Positions 40,779 through 51,805 of a DNA stretch of 64,000 bases are shown piece after piece. This DNA comes from an uncultured Spirochaetota bacterium (lineage in GTDB: Bacteria > Spirochaetota > Spirochaetia > SZUA-6 > CAVTHK01), in assembly GCA_963734495.1 (NCBI GenBank), contig CAVTHK010000001.1, positions 480,001 through 544,000 of the forward strand, written 5' to 3'. Position 1 is the first letter of the stretch; each line of letters starts with the position of its first letter. Made by a program: the position numbers and the translations under genes. The notes under the pieces are model-generated. The model saw only the letters and a program-made list of their open reading frames with translations. It was not told the origin of the DNA and ran no database searches.

Positions 40779-43337
40779 ATGCCGGACACTTCGGGACCCG
40801 CCGGCGAGCGCGTCCTTCACCTGATCGTCTTTTCCCACCTCGACCTCACGTTCATGGGCAGCCACGAGGAGTGCCTCTCACGCGGGAACAAGGTGCTGGC
40901 CCGCGCGCTCGCGCTGCTCGACGAGCACGAGGACTTCAGGTTCCTCGTCGAGTACGCGCTGTTCATGCGGAACTACCTCGAGTGCCACCCGGAGGAACGG
41001 GACCGTGTCTCCCGCCACGTCCGCTCCGGCCGCCTGCAGATCGGCCTCGAGTGGAGCGGGATCTACCAGGCGTCGGAAGAGGAGGAGAACCTCATCCGCA
41101 ACGTGACGCTGGCGAAGCGCTATCTCGAGCGCGAGCTCGGCGCCTCGGGCCGCAGCGTCCAGCTCACGGACCTCCCGTCGTTCACGCCGCAGATGCCGCA
41201 GGTGCTGTCGAGGTGCGGGATCGACTTCTGCGTGATCACACGCGCCGGACCCGCGGACCATCCCCTCTTCCTGTGGAAGGCGCCCGACGGCTCCGAGGTG
41301 CTCGCCTGCTACACGCACGGCTACAACGAGGCGGCGCGGCTCGGCCTTCAGAGGGACTTCGACTCCATCGACCGGACCGCGGTCGAGCGCGAGGTATCCG
41401 AGAGGCTTTCGGCGGGCCCCATGGTCGTCCACTGGGGCAGCGACATGTACCTTCCCGCGTCGAAGCTCCCCGAGACGGTGCGCCGGTGGAACGCCGCCGG
41501 CTCGACGCCCGTCCGGCTCGACACGCTCGAGACCCTGCGGGCCGCGCTCCAGGGCCGCAAGGGTCTGCCCGCGCTCCGCGGCGACATGCCGAGCGTCTGG
41601 CCTTACGCCCTCGCCGCCCACGCGGACGTGACCTCGCATGACGGCAGGGCGAACGCGTGGGTCTCCCTCGCAGAGCGCCTCGCCACCCTCGGGTGGCTGC
41701 TCGGAGAGCCCTACCCGGCCCAGGAGATCGGCAGCGCCTGGGAGACGCTGCTGTTCGCCCGCGACCACAACTTCAGCGGGAAAGGGGCGGCCGAGGGGCA
41801 GCGGCGAAAGCTCGCCGACCGCCTGCGGGCGATGACCGCCGGCGAGGAGATCGCGCGGAGCGCCTTTGCCAGGATAGCGGAGCGCGTGCAGGCGCCGGAG
41901 CAGAGCGTGCCGATCGTCGTGTTCAACGGCCACCTGTGGCCGGTCACGGCCCCGGTGACAGCCCACGTCACGCTGTACCCGCACGAGACGGGAGACCGCG
42001 GGCTACTCGACATCTTCGGAGACAGGGAGCTCTTCGCTTCGCAACGGCTGCCGGTGCTCCGGGACTGCGAAGGCCGCTCGGTGGCGTACCAGATCGTCGA
42101 GGACAAGCGCAGCACTCTCGGCGAGATGACGATCGTCTTCGAGGCGTCCGAGGTCCCTTCGTTCGGCTACACGACCTATCGGCTGGAACCGGGGGAAGAG
42201 GCAGCGCGCGCACCTCGATGCCAATTGACCCGGCCGTCCTGGTTCCGGGCCTCCCCCGGCCGCATCCTCGTCCGATCGCGCACCACTCAGGTCGAGGTCG
42301 ATGAGCGCAGCGGCGAGCTCCACCTGCGCGATGTCGGAAGCGGCAAGCGCCTGCTCGCGTCGGTGGTGCCCGTCGGCATCGAGGAGGCGCACATCGAGGC
42401 GCTCCGCGAAGCGCCTCCCCGCGGCCTGTCTCAGGATTTTCCGGACGAGGAGATCCGCGCCGGCTTCGAGGCGGGCAGCGTCGAAGTCACCGAGCACGGC
42501 CCGGTCCGCACCTGCCTGAGGATCAGCGGGACCGTGCTCTCGCGCCCGGTCGTGGAGACGATCTCGATCTACCCGGACGATCACTTCGACGTCGACCTGA
42601 GGATCACGTGGGACAGGGCTCAGTGGGGCAGGATCGAGCTGCAGTGCCTCACCCCGGGCCGCGCCGGCGACACGGAGTACGGGGTGCCCTTCGGCCGGAG
42701 CGCCTGGAACGAGACGCTGCCGGGCTCGGGGCCCTCGCCGTTGCGGCCCGACGAAGCTTCGCCTGCCGCGTGGGCCGCGATGCGGATCGCCCAGAAGTGG
42801 CTCAGGCTCGAGTCGCCGGCCGGCCCGGTCACGATCGCCACTCAGCAGCGCCTGTGGCGGCAGGACGGCGACGGGCTTCACGCGGTGCTCGTGCGCGGCG
42901 GACGAATGGCCGGGTCGTTCGCCACGACCTGCGAGCTCGACTTCTCGTTCTCGTTCCATGCCGGCCGCGCCGCGGAGCGCGCGCCGCATCGGCTGGGAGC
43001 CGCCGGGGCGATGCCGCTGCTCGCGTACGTGGTCAACGACACATCGAGCCGCAAGACGCTGCCGCCGTCAAAGAGCTGGGTCTCGGCCGAGGGCGCGGAC
43101 GTGGTGATGACCGCCTTCAAGCCGGCAGACGAGCCCGACCGCGTGATCCTGCGCTTCTTCGAGGCGACAGGGAAAGAGGGCAAGGTGAAGGTAAGCTTCG
43201 CGCCCGAGCTCCGCGTCGACGCCAGGGGTCGGGCCTGCAGCCTGTCCGAGGAGCCGACATCGCCCGAGACCGGCGCATTCGCGGTCTCGGCGTGGGAAAT
43301 CGCGACGCTGGCCTTCGCCCGAGCTGCGCCCCGCTGA
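40779..43337 (+). CDS. Glycoside hydrolase family 38 (alpha-mannosidase-like)
   Basis: FSHLDL, EENLIRN, QMPQVL, FLWKAPDGSEVL, IVVFN, VPSFGY, ILRFFEA. Confidence 0.82.
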   Translation: MPDTSGPAGERVLHLIVFSHLDLTFMGSHEECLSRGNKVLARALALLDEHEDFRFLVEYALFMRNYLECHPEERDRVSRHVRSGRLQIGLEWSGIYQASEEEENLIRNVTLAKRYLERELGASGRSVQLTDLPSFTPQMPQVLSRCGIDFCVITRAGPADHPLFLWKAPDGSEVLACYTHGYNEAARLGLQRDFDSIDRTAVEREVSERLSAGPMVVHWGSDMYLPASKLPETVRRWNAAGSTPVRLDTLETLRAALQGRKGLPALRGDMPSVWPYALAAHADVTSHDGRANAWVSLAERLATLGWLLGEPYPAQEIGSAWETLLFARDHNFSGKGAAEGQRRKLADRLRAMTAGEEIARSAFARIAERVQAPEQSVPIVVFNGHLWPVTAPVTAHVTLYPHETGDRGLLDIFGDRELFASQRLPVLRDCEGRSVAYQIVEDKRSTLGEMTIVFEASEVPSFGYTTYRLEPGEEAARAPRCQLTRPSWFRASPGRILVRSRTTQVEVDERSGELHLRDVGSGKRLLASVVPVGIEEAHIEALREAPPRGLSQDFPDEEIRAGFEAGSVEVTEHGPVRTCLRISGTVLSRPVVETISIYPDDHFDVDLRITWDRAQWGRIELQCLTPGRAGDTEYGVPFGRSAWNETLPGSGPSPLRPDEASPAAWAAMRIAQKWLRLESPAGPVTIATQQRLWRQDGDGLHAVLVRGGRMAGSFATTCELDFSFSFHAGRAAERAPHRLGAAGAMPLLAYVVNDTSSRKTLPPSKSWVSAEGADVVMTAFKPADEPDRVILRFFEATGKEGKVKVSFAPELRVDARGRACSLSEEPTSPETGAFAVSAWEIATLAFARAAPR

Positions 43338-43498
43338 GGCGGCGCGCGAGCGCACGACCGCGGGCGGGTGCCTTCCCCCTCAACTATCTCTTGTCCCGGA
43401 GTGCCAGGCGGTCCAGGCGCTACGAAACCTCGGCGGCCGGACGCATTTTGTTGACTTGCAAACTCGTGTATAGATAGCTTTGGCGCCGAGGAAGACAC

Positions 43499-44272
43499 AT
43501 GACAAAAGGCAAGACGATGGTTGTTCTCGCGGCCGCGGCGCTGCTGCTCGCAGGCATCGCGTACGCGGAGGATCTCACCGATGCCGCGGCGCCCAACGTT
43601 TCATTCCAGGGCGCCGGGGGCGTCACGCTGCACGGCTACCTCGCCGTGCCGCAAGGCTCGGGCGTCCATCCCGCGGTCCTGATGATCCACGAGTGGTGGG
43701 GGCTGAACCGCGACATCACGCACCTCGCGGACGCGCTCGCGGCCCAGGGCTTCGTGGTGCTCGCCGCCGACGGTTACCGCGGCGGCGTGGCCAAGGACGC
43801 GGGCGCCGCCACCAGGCTGGTGACCCAGACGCCCGCGCCGCAGGTTGCCGGCGACCTCGACGCGGCCCTCTCGTACCTCAAGAGCCTCCCGGGCGTGGAT
43901 CCCGCGCACGTGGCGTCGCTGGGATTCTGCTGGGGCGGGACGCAGTCGATGTACCTGGGCACCCGCGATCCCGGGCTCGCGGCCGTCGTGATCCTCTACG
44001 GGCCCGGCCCGATCCAGGACGCGTCGAAGCTCGGAAAGATGAACCAAGCCGGTCCGGTTCTCGGCATCTTCGGCGCGGATGATCCCAACATCCCGCAGCC
44101 CCAGGTGAAAGGATTCCAGGCCGCCCTCAACGCCGCCGGCATCGCGAACACGATCACGGTCTACCCCGGAGTGGGGCACGCCTTCGTGAAGACCGCCACC
44201 TACCAGGACGGCAAGGCCGCACAGCAGGCGTGGCAGCAGGTGATCGACTTCCTGCACGGCAACCTGGGCTGA
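43499..44272 (+). CDS. Exported dienelactone hydrolase family protein
   Basis: Signal peptide AYA; HEWWGLN, GFCWGG, YPGVGHAF. Confidence 0.92.
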   Translation: MTKGKTMVVLAAAALLLAGIAYAEDLTDAAAPNVSFQGAGGVTLHGYLAVPQGSGVHPAVLMIHEWWGLNRDITHLADALAAQGFVVLAADGYRGGVAKDAGAATRLVTQTPAPQVAGDLDAALSYLKSLPGVDPAHVASLGFCWGGTQSMYLGTRDPGLAAVVILYGPGPIQDASKLGKMNQAGPVLGIFGADDPNIPQPQVKGFQAALNAAGIANTITVYPGVGHAFVKTATYQDGKAAQQAWQQVIDFLHGNLG

Positions 44273-44312
44273 TCGCGCCGCTGTCGGGGACGCCCGGCCC
44301 GGCGCTCGGGCC

Positions 44313-45843
44313 TCAGGTGCGCGGCTTGCCCTGGCGCTTGTCCTCGCGCAGCTCCTCGACGCTCTTGGTCGGGAGACGCGCCGCGCCCGCGGTGCCGCGC
44401 GTGCCGAGAGGCTTCTCGCTCGCGAGCCTCTTTCGAGCCGCCGGAATCTCGCCGCTGTACTGCGGCAGCCAGCGCGCCTGCGCCACGAGCATCTCGTCGG
44501 TCATCTGCCAGATCTCCGGCGGGTTGCAGACCGCGCCGGTCAGCGGGTCCATCATCATCGCCTGCTTGAGCAGCGTCGACGTCGCCGCGCACGGCCGCCT
44601 CGCACCGCCAGCCGCTGCACGCGTGACGCTGGCGTTGCAGATGGCCGCGCAGCCCAGCGGCAGGTCGCCGACGCGCGGGATGCTGATGCCGTTGCGGTCC
44701 ACGTAGCCGGGCACCTCGACGATGCAGTCGGCGGGCAGGTTGGTGATGCAGCCGTCGTTGACCACGTTGAAGTGGCCGCGGTAGAGGCGGCCGGTCTCGA
44801 GCGCCTCGATGATGTAGCTGCCGTGCTCGTCGCCGCGGTTCTCGGGGGCGAAGCGCGGCGGCTCCTCCTTCGAGCCAGCTGCGGGAAGTCGGTCTCGAAC
44901 CAGTTGCGCCCCTCGGTGCAGACGCGCAGGTAGCCGCCCGTCTCGCCGTTGATCCAGCGGCCGAGGTCGATCCACCTGCGGATCTCGTCGGGGCGCTTGC
45001 GGTACCACGGCACGTACTCGCGACAGGTGGCCGTTGGACTCGGTGCTGTAGTAGCCGAAGCGGCGCAGCACGTCGATGCGCACCTTCTCGGTGCCTGCGA
45101 GTAGACCGGGTGCTTCTCGAAGCCCTCCAGCAGCCGGCCGGTCCAGTCCTCGCCCTTGTAGCGCACCTGGATGTACCAGGTCTGGTGGTTGATGCCGGCG
45201 CAGATGATGTCGACCTCGCTCTTGGCGACCTTGACGTAGCCGGGCGAGTCGCGGGCCCTGCCGTCGTTGACCAGCAGCTCGATCACCTCGGCGATCTGCT
45301 GGTGGCCGCCCTGGACGCCGTGGCACAGGCCGATCGGTGCGGACCCCGCCGTACTCGTTGCGCCGCCCACGTGTTCATCGCGTTGGGGTTGGCGTAGTTC
45401 AGGAACAGGCACGTCGGCGGCGGCCACCTCGCGGATGTCCTTGCAGAAGTCGAGGACGCACGGGGATGTTGCGCTGGCCGTACATGATGCCGCCGGCGCA
45501 CAGCGTGTCGCCGACGCACTGGTCGACGCCGTACTTCAGCGGGATGTCGATGTCCAGCTGCGAAGGCCTCCAGGCCGCCGATGCGCGTCGCAGTTGATGA
45601 CGTAGTCGGCCCCGTCGAGCGCGCGCGCGGCGGTCGAGGCGTCGGCGATGATCCGTGGCGGCGAGCCTGTTGGCCTCGATGTCCCGCTCGGCAGAGCCGG
45701 GTGACCATGTCCAGGTTGCGCTCGCTGATGTCGGTGAAGGCGAACTCCGTGTCGCCGAGCTCCGGCACGGTGAGGATGTCCCGCAACAGCTTGCGGGTGA
45801 ACCCGATGCTGCCCGCGCCGATGACCGCGACCTTGATTGCCAT
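44313..45843 (-). CDS. Family 4 glycoside hydrolase (alpha-galactosidase/glucosidase); many frameshifts
   Basis: IGAGSIGFT, LNYANPNAMN, GLCHGVQ, AGINHQTW, TESNGHLS, ITNLPADCIVEVP, MMDPLT distributed over three frames. Confidence 0.9.
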
Positions 45844-45959
45844 GAGAATCTCCCGTCGGTGGAATGCTCACCGCATCATACGCCAAAGCGGGCGGCCTTG
45901 GAATCGAGGATCGGCCCCCCATGGCCCCTCCGCCGGCCCGCCCGGCGCCCGTGGCGCCC

Positions 45960-46815
45960 CTACCCCTTGACGGCGCCCGCCGTGAGGCCCTCGACGATGT
46001 AGCGGTGCGCGAACGCAAACAGCAGCAGGACCGGCAGGGTCGTCACGGTCGCCCCGGCGGTCAGCGCGCCCCACTCCGTGCCCCAGACGCCCAGCAGGCG
46101 CGCCACCTCGACGGTGAGCGTGCGCGCGGTGGCGGTGCTGGTGAACGTGTTCGCGAACAGGAAGTCGTTCCACGCTCTGAGGAACGCGTACACGCTGGTC
46201 GTCATCAGGCCGGGCGCGGAGAGCGGGAATGACGATCAGGATCGAGGATCTGCAGCGAGTGCGCGCCGTCGATGAAGGCGCTTTCGAACATCTCCTGCGG
46301 CAGGCTCATGAAGTAGGAGGCCGCGAGGAGAAAGCAGAAGGGGATGGTGAAGGTGGCGTAGCTCACGATCAGGCCGTAGTAGGTGTCGAGCAGGCGGTAG
46401 TTCTTCAGGATGATGTACAGCGGCACGATGATCAGGATCGACGGGATCATCTGCAGCATCAGGATGAACCGCGAGATGACCTGCCGCCCCGCATCTTGAG
46501 GATGCTGATCGCGTAGGCCGCCGGGACGACCACGACGAAGCTGAGGACCACGGTCGCGAGGGAGATCACCGTGCTGTTGAAGAAGTAGCGTCCGAAGTGG
46601 CCGAACGTGAACACGGTCCGGTAGTGCTCGAGCGTCAGCGCGGCGGAAGCAGAGACATCGTGCGGGACGTGATGTACCTGTCCGGCTTGAGCGAGGTGCG
46701 TCACGACCCAGAAGAAGGGGAATGCCACGTAGAGCACGAGCAGAGCGAGCAGGACGTAGACGACCGCGCGCTCGGCGGCGCGGCCGAGGCGTCTTGCGAA
46801 CCGGGCGCCGATCAT
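45960..46815 (-). CDS. Carbohydrate ABC transporter permease; several frameshifts
   Basis: FPFFWV, YFFNS, LPQEMFESAFIDGA (EAA-like), AWNDFLFA, GLTAGAVKG. Confidence 0.88.
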
Positions 46816-47711
46816 TCGGCTCGTCCGCCTGCAGCCTGTTGACCCTCGCGTAGGAGGGTCCCGACCGTCACCGCGAGCACGAGGAGCAGGAAGACGCCGA
46901 TGGCCGCGGCGTACCCCATCTCGAAATGCTCGAACGCGTACGAGTACAGCAGCGTCGGGAGGACCTCCGTCGCGTGCAGCGGCCCGCCCGCCGTGAGCAG
47001 GTAGATGACGTCGAAGTTGGTAAAGGTCCATATCAGGTGAAGGACCACGATCACCATGGCGACGTTCCTGATGCCCGGCAGCGTGATGTGGCGGAAGCGC
47101 GCGAAGCGGGAGGCCCCGTCCACGTGCGCCGCCTCGTACAGCTCCCGCGGCACCGTCGAGAGCCCCGCGAGCAGCGTGATCGTGTAGAAGGGAAAGCTGC
47201 GCCAGACGTTGATGAAGATGCAGACCCCCATGACCAGCTTGAGATCGCCGAGCCAGTTCGTGGTGAGGAAGTCGTGAAAGCCCGTCAGGTCCATCAGCTG
47301 GTTGACGAAGCCGATGTTCGGGGCGAGCATGAAGCGCCAGATCAGCGAGTTGATGGCGATCGGCACGGCCCAGGGCAGGAGCACGAGCGCCTTGAGAAAG
47401 TTCCTGAGAGGCGCCCTGGGGCTGTTGAGGAGAAGCGCGGATCCGAGTCCGAGAAGGAACTCGAACACGACCGAGCCGAGGGTGAACACGACGGTGTTCG
47501 CGAGGGCGGGAAAGAGCAGCCGCTCCTTTGTGAAGAGCCGGACAAAGTTGCCGAACCCGACCCAGCGCTCGGCGGCCGGATTCATCAGGTCCTTCGAGCG
47601 GAAGCCCAGGACGATGGCGTCCACGAACGGGTAGAGCCCGACCGCGGTCACCAGCACGACGAGCATCGCGAGGTAGAGATACTGGGACCGGCCCTGCGTG
47701 CTGCGAACCAT
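46812..47711 (-). CDS. Carbohydrate ABC transporter permease
   Basis: VGFGNF, LLPWAVP, ELYEAAHVDGAS, FDVIYLLTAGGP. Confidence 0.92.
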   Translation of the reverse strand: MVRSTQGRSQYLYLAMLVVLVTAVGLYPFVDAIVLGFRSKDLMNPAAERWVGFGNFVRLFTKERLLFPALANTVVFTLGSVVFEFLLGLGSALLLNSPRAPLRNFLKALVLLPWAVPIAINSLIWRFMLAPNIGFVNQLMDLTGFHDFLTTNWLGDLKLVMGVCIFINVWRSFPFYTITLLAGLSTVPRELYEAAHVDGASRFARFRHITLPGIRNVAMVIVVLHLIWTFTNFDVIYLLTAGGPLHATEVLPTLLYSYAFEHFEMGYAAAIGVFLLLVLAVTVGTLLREGQQAAGGRAE

Positions 47712-47730
47712 GGCGGCATTTCGCCGAAAG

Positions 47731-47761
47731 CCATCCTCCCTCCTCGAGGGAGGGAGGATGG
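47731..47761 (-). promoter_or_regulatory. Intercistronic stem-loop after the solute-binding gene
   Basis: CCATCCTCCCTCC-N5-GGAGGGAGGATGG perfect 13-bp inverted repeat. Confidence 0.7.
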
Positions 47762-47782
47762 TCCAGCGGTGGAGTTGCCGGT

Positions 47783-49087
47783 CTACTTCTTGTTCACGGT
47801 CGAGTCAAGGCTGTCCTTGACCTTGTTGTAGTAGTCCTTCGCCGCGGCCTCGGGCGTCATCCGCTTGTAGAGCACTTCCTGCACGTCCTCCATGCTGCCC
47901 TTGAGGATGCCCGCCGTCGGGACCGGGGGCATGGGCTTTCCGTTCGGGACGGTCTTGAAGAACATGTCGCGCCAGACGGGGTCCGCGACCCAGTACGGCG
48001 ACTGCGCGCTGTCGGTCCTCGGCGGAAGGTTCCCGGTGCGGGTGATGTAGACCATGTTGTCGCGGCTGTACATCCACTTCATGAAGTCCCAGGCTTCCTT
48101 CTTGAACTTCGCGAACTTGCTGATGCCCTCGACCTTGACCTCGAGATATGTGGCCGGGACACGAGCGTAGGGGTACGGGGCGGTCTTCCAGCTCTTGCCG
48201 GTCTCCGCCTGGTCCGAGCGGCGCTTCATCCAGGCGCCGTCCTGGCACATGGCGAACGTCCCGGCCTGGAAGCCGGGATCCAGCTCGGTGTACTCCCAGC
48301 CGAGCGAGAACTCGGGCGCCGACTTGTCGGTGAACATCAGGTCATAGTAGAGCTGGAACACGTCCTTCGCCTGCTCGAGCGTGAAGCCGGGCACCCAGCG
48401 GTCGCCTTCCTTCTTCGCGAGGTCGCCGCCCGTCGACCACAGGTGGATCGCGAACTCCTGCGGTCCGCGGATCGCCTTGCTCGAGGAGCAGAACGCGAAG
48501 CCGAAGAGGTCCGGCTTGCCGTCGCCGGTGGTGTCCTGGGTCAGCTTCTTCGCGGTCTCGCGCAGGTCGGTCCAGGTCACCGGCACCTTCGCGATGCCGG
48601 CCTTGCCGAAGATGTCCTCGCGGTAGAGCAGCACGCGCGTGGAGGCCGTGCTCGGGATGCCGTAGATCTTGCCGCTGGCCGTCGCGACGTTCCAGGTCGC
48701 CTGCGGGAACTTGTCGGCGTCGGGCCACGCCTTGACGTTCGGCGTCAGGTCCTCGAGGATCCCCATCAGCGTGAACTCAGGGATCCACTCGCCGAGCATG
48801 TGCATCACCTCGGGGCCCTGCTGGGCCTGCCCCGCGACGATGTACTTCTGCTTGAGGTCGGCGTAGACCATCGTGTTCCACTTGATGGTCACCCCGGGGT
48901 GCGCCTTCTCGTACTCCTTCTGCTTTTCCTGATGCGAGATCCCGTCCACGTTCGTGGCCGGGTCGAACACGTTCCAGATCTCGATCGTGGCGGGTCCCCC
49001 CTTGGGTGCCGCCCCCTCCGTCCCTCCCGAGGCGAACAGAGCCGCCGCCGCGAAGGACGCGGCGCAGATGACCGATAGTCTCTTCAT
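47783..49087 (-). CDS. Sugar ABC transporter substrate-binding protein
   Basis: GGGGAAAAGGAGG RBS; signal ending LFASG; YEKAHPGVTI, GKIYGIP, LLYREDIF. Confidence 0.92.
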   Translation of the reverse strand: MKRLSVICAASFAAAALFASGGTEGAAPKGGPATIEIWNVFDPATNVDGISHQEKQKEYEKAHPGVTIKWNTMVYADLKQKYIVAGQAQQGPEVMHMLGEWIPEFTLMGILEDLTPNVKAWPDADKFPQATWNVATASGKIYGIPSTASTRVLLYREDIFGKAGIAKVPVTWTDLRETAKKLTQDTTGDGKPDLFGFAFCSSSKAIRGPQEFAIHLWSTGGDLAKKEGDRWVPGFTLEQAKDVFQLYYDLMFTDKSAPEFSLGWEYTELDPGFQAGTFAMCQDGAWMKRRSDQAETGKSWKTAPYPYARVPATYLEVKVEGISKFAKFKKEAWDFMKWMYSRDNMVYITRTGNLPPRTDSAQSPYWVADPVWRDMFFKTVPNGKPMPPVPTAGILKGSMEDVQEVLYKRMTPEAAAKDYYNKVKDSLDSTVNKK

Positions 49088-49204
49088 GCAAGCCTCCTTT
49101 TCCCCTGACACGAAACTCGGGGAGCTATCCTAAACCTTTGCGCGCCGACCCGCAAACGGCGCAGCCGAAGCCAGCCAAAGCCTTTCGTCGCAGGCCGCCG
49201 GCCC

Positions 49205-50191
49205 TCAGATCCGGCTCCGCCGCCTCAGCCACAGCCACATACAGCCGGGCAGCGCGGCGATCACCGCAACCACGACGATGAATGCCACGCTCCCCGTCGA
49301 CCCCGGCGGCGGGGCCTGCGGCGAAAAGAAGTTCATGCCGAAGAACCCCGTGATGAACGAGATCGGCATGAAGAAGGTGGTGATGAGCGTGAGGGTCTTC
49401 ATCACCTCGTTCATGCGGTTGTTGATGGAAGAGAGATAGGTTTCCAGCACTCCCGCGGCGAGGTCGCGCATGCTCTCCACGATGTCGTAGAGGCGCACGA
49501 GATGGTCGTACACGTCGCGGAAATACGGACGCACCGCCGCCTCCACGACGGCGTACTGGTCGCGCGCCAGGCGCCCCAGCACGTCGCGCTGCGGCGCGAC
49601 GATGCGCCGCAGATGGAGGAGCGCGCGCTTGAGTGCGAGGACCTCCGGCAGAACCGCAGGGGTCGGCCGCCCGATGATGCGCTCCTCGGCGTCCTCGAGC
49701 GCCTCGTCGATCGCGTCGGCGGCGGGCATGTGGCCGGCCACCAGCTCGTCGACGAGCTGGTAGAGCAGCCGCGCAGCGCCTCCCGCGGCGGCGCGGGGGT
49801 CCCGCACGCACGCCGCGAGCGTCCGCTCCACGCAGTCGAGGTCCTCTTCGTGGTGGGTGACGAGATAGTTCGGTCCGAGGAAGATGTCGAGCTCGCGCGT
49901 GGTGAGCTTGCGGGATCCGTCGCCAGCGAAATGCACCGCGTGCAGCACGATGTAGAGGTACCCGCCCCAGTCGTCCACCTTGGGCACGTGCGTCTCCTGG
50001 ATCGCATCGTCGACCGCGAGGGGATGAAAATGGAACGTGTCCAGGAGAATCCTCTCATCCCCGGGCACGGCTTCGTTGAACAGGTCTACCCAGATCGTCG
50101 CGCCGGTCTCTTCGAGGATCGAAGGGAAACGTTCGGGGGGGACGCCGGTCTCGATGGAGCCGTCGGCGTGGCGGACAAGGGCGCGCACCAT
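49205..50191 (-). CDS. corA: CorA Mg2+/Co2+ transporter
   Basis: FHFHPLAVDD, YFRDVYDHL, MNEVMKTLT, GFFGMNF (GMN motif). Confidence 0.95.
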   Translation of the reverse strand: MVRALVRHADGSIETGVPPERFPSILEETGATIWVDLFNEAVPGDERILLDTFHFHPLAVDDAIQETHVPKVDDWGGYLYIVLHAVHFAGDGSRKLTTRELDIFLGPNYLVTHHEEDLDCVERTLAACVRDPRAAAGGAARLLYQLVDELVAGHMPAADAIDEALEDAEERIIGRPTPAVLPEVLALKRALLHLRRIVAPQRDVLGRLARDQYAVVEAAVRPYFRDVYDHLVRLYDIVESMRDLAAGVLETYLSSINNRMNEVMKTLTLITTFFMPISFITGFFGMNFFSPQAPPPGSTGSVAFIVVVAVIAALPGCMWLWLRRRSRI

Positions 50192-50245
50192 GGAGCGAGC
50201 CTATTCGAACTTCATCGCCGCGTAAAGGCCGGCCCGGAACGGAGC

Positions 50246-50283
50246 GGCCGCCGCGGCGCGGAGGCGAGCGCGCCGCGGCGGCC
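50246..50283 (-). terminator. Strong stem-loop downstream of glnA
   Basis: 15-bp perfect GC stem with an 8-nt loop; no clear U-tract. Confidence 0.5.
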
Positions 50284-50302
50284 TTCTTCGATTTCTACAA
50301 TC

Positions 50303-51722
50303 CTACATGTCGAAGTACAGCACGTACTCCCAGGGATGCGGCCTGAGGGCCAGGGCCTTCACCTCGTTCGTCATCTTGTAGTCGATCCAGGTGTCGATGA
50401 CGTCGGGCGTGAACACGTCGCCCTTGAGCAGGAACTCGTGGTCCGCCTTGAGGGCGTTGAGCGACCCCTCGAGGCTGCCCGGCGTCGTGGGGACCTTGGC
50501 GAGCTCCTCGGGCGGGAGGTCGTAGAGGTCCTTGTCGAGCGGTCCGCCCGGGTCGAGCTTGTTGAGGATCCCGTCCATGGCCGCCATGGTGATGGCGCTG
50601 AAGGTCAGGTACGGGTTGCACGACGGGTCGGGGCAGCGGAACTCGATCCGCTTGGCCTTGGCGCTCTTGGAGTACATCGGGATGCGCACCGCGGCGGAGC
50701 GGTTGCGGCTCGAGTAGGCCAGGTTGACCGGGGCCTCGAAACCCGGCACCAGGCGCTTGTAGCTGTTGGTCGTCGGGCTGGCAAAGGCCAGGATCGCGGG
50801 CGCGTGCTTGATGATGCCGCCGATCGCGTAGAGCGCCTGCTGGCTCAGGCCGGCGTACTTGTCACCGGCAAAGTTGTTCTTGCCGCCCTTCCACAGCGAG
50901 AAGTGGGTGTGCATGCCGCTGCCGTTGTCGTTCCAGATCGGCTTGGGCATGAACGTGACGGTCTTGTTGTGCTTCTTGGCGACGTTCTTGATGACGTACT
51001 TGTACTTGAGCATCTTGTCGGACATCGCGAGCAGCGTGTCGAAGCGCATGTCGATCTCGCTCTGGCCGGCAGTGGCGACCTCGTGGTGCTGAGCCTCGAT
51101 CTCGATGCCCACGCTCTCGAGGGTGAGCAGCATCTCGCTGCGGATGTCCTGGAACTTGTCGTTGGGCGGGACCGGGAAGTAGCCTTCCTTGTACCGGATC
51201 TTGTAGCCGAGGTTCGGGTTCTCCTCGCGGCCGGTGTTCCAGCGGCCTTCGATCGAGTCGATGTAGTAGTAGCCGGAGTGCTCGTTCTGGTCGTAGCGGA
51301 CGTCGTCAAAGATGAAGAACTCCGCCTCGGGCCCGATGAACGCCTGGTCCGCGATCCCGCTCGCCTTGACATAGGCCTCGACCTTGGTGGCGATGTGACG
51401 CGGGTCGCGGGAGTAGTCCGCGCCGGTGATCGGGTCGCAGATGTTGCAGATCATGACGAGCGTCTTGTGCTCGGTGAACGGGTCGAGGAACGCGGTGTCG
51501 GCGACAGGCTTGACGAGCATGTCGCTCTCGTTGATGGCCTGCCACCCGCGGATGCTCGAGCCGTCGAAGCCGAGCCCCGCTGCTGAACGTGTCCTCCTCG
51601 ATCACGTGCGCCGGCACCGAGAAGTGCTGCCACAGTCCCGGAAAGTCCATGAAGCGCAGGTCTACGATCTGCACCTTCTCCTTTGCGATGAAGTCCACGA
51701 CTTCCTTGCCTGTTTTGAACAT
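50303..51722 (-). CDS. glnA: Glutamine synthetase type I; frameshift near 51575
   Basis: [60 protein letters not shown], adenylylation motif DLYDLP. Confidence 0.97.
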
Positions 51723-51789
51723 AACTGCTCCTTGATCGCGTGCGATTGCCTACGCCTGCCAGGTCTGGGCGACAGGTCGTACAAGGATA

Positions 51790-51805
51790 AGCAAGACTCG
51801 TGCCG
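51790..51805 (-). promoter_or_regulatory. Sigma54 (-24/-12) promoter of glnA
   Basis: CGGCACGAGTCTTGCT, which is GG-N10-GC and close to the consensus TGGCAC-N5-TTGCW. Confidence 0.85.

Noticed and set aside
44313-46815. Genuine pseudogenisation of the GH4 / permease genes
   Set aside because: The same indel pattern affects housekeeping genes and the catalytic motifs are intact, so sequencing error is the simpler explanation
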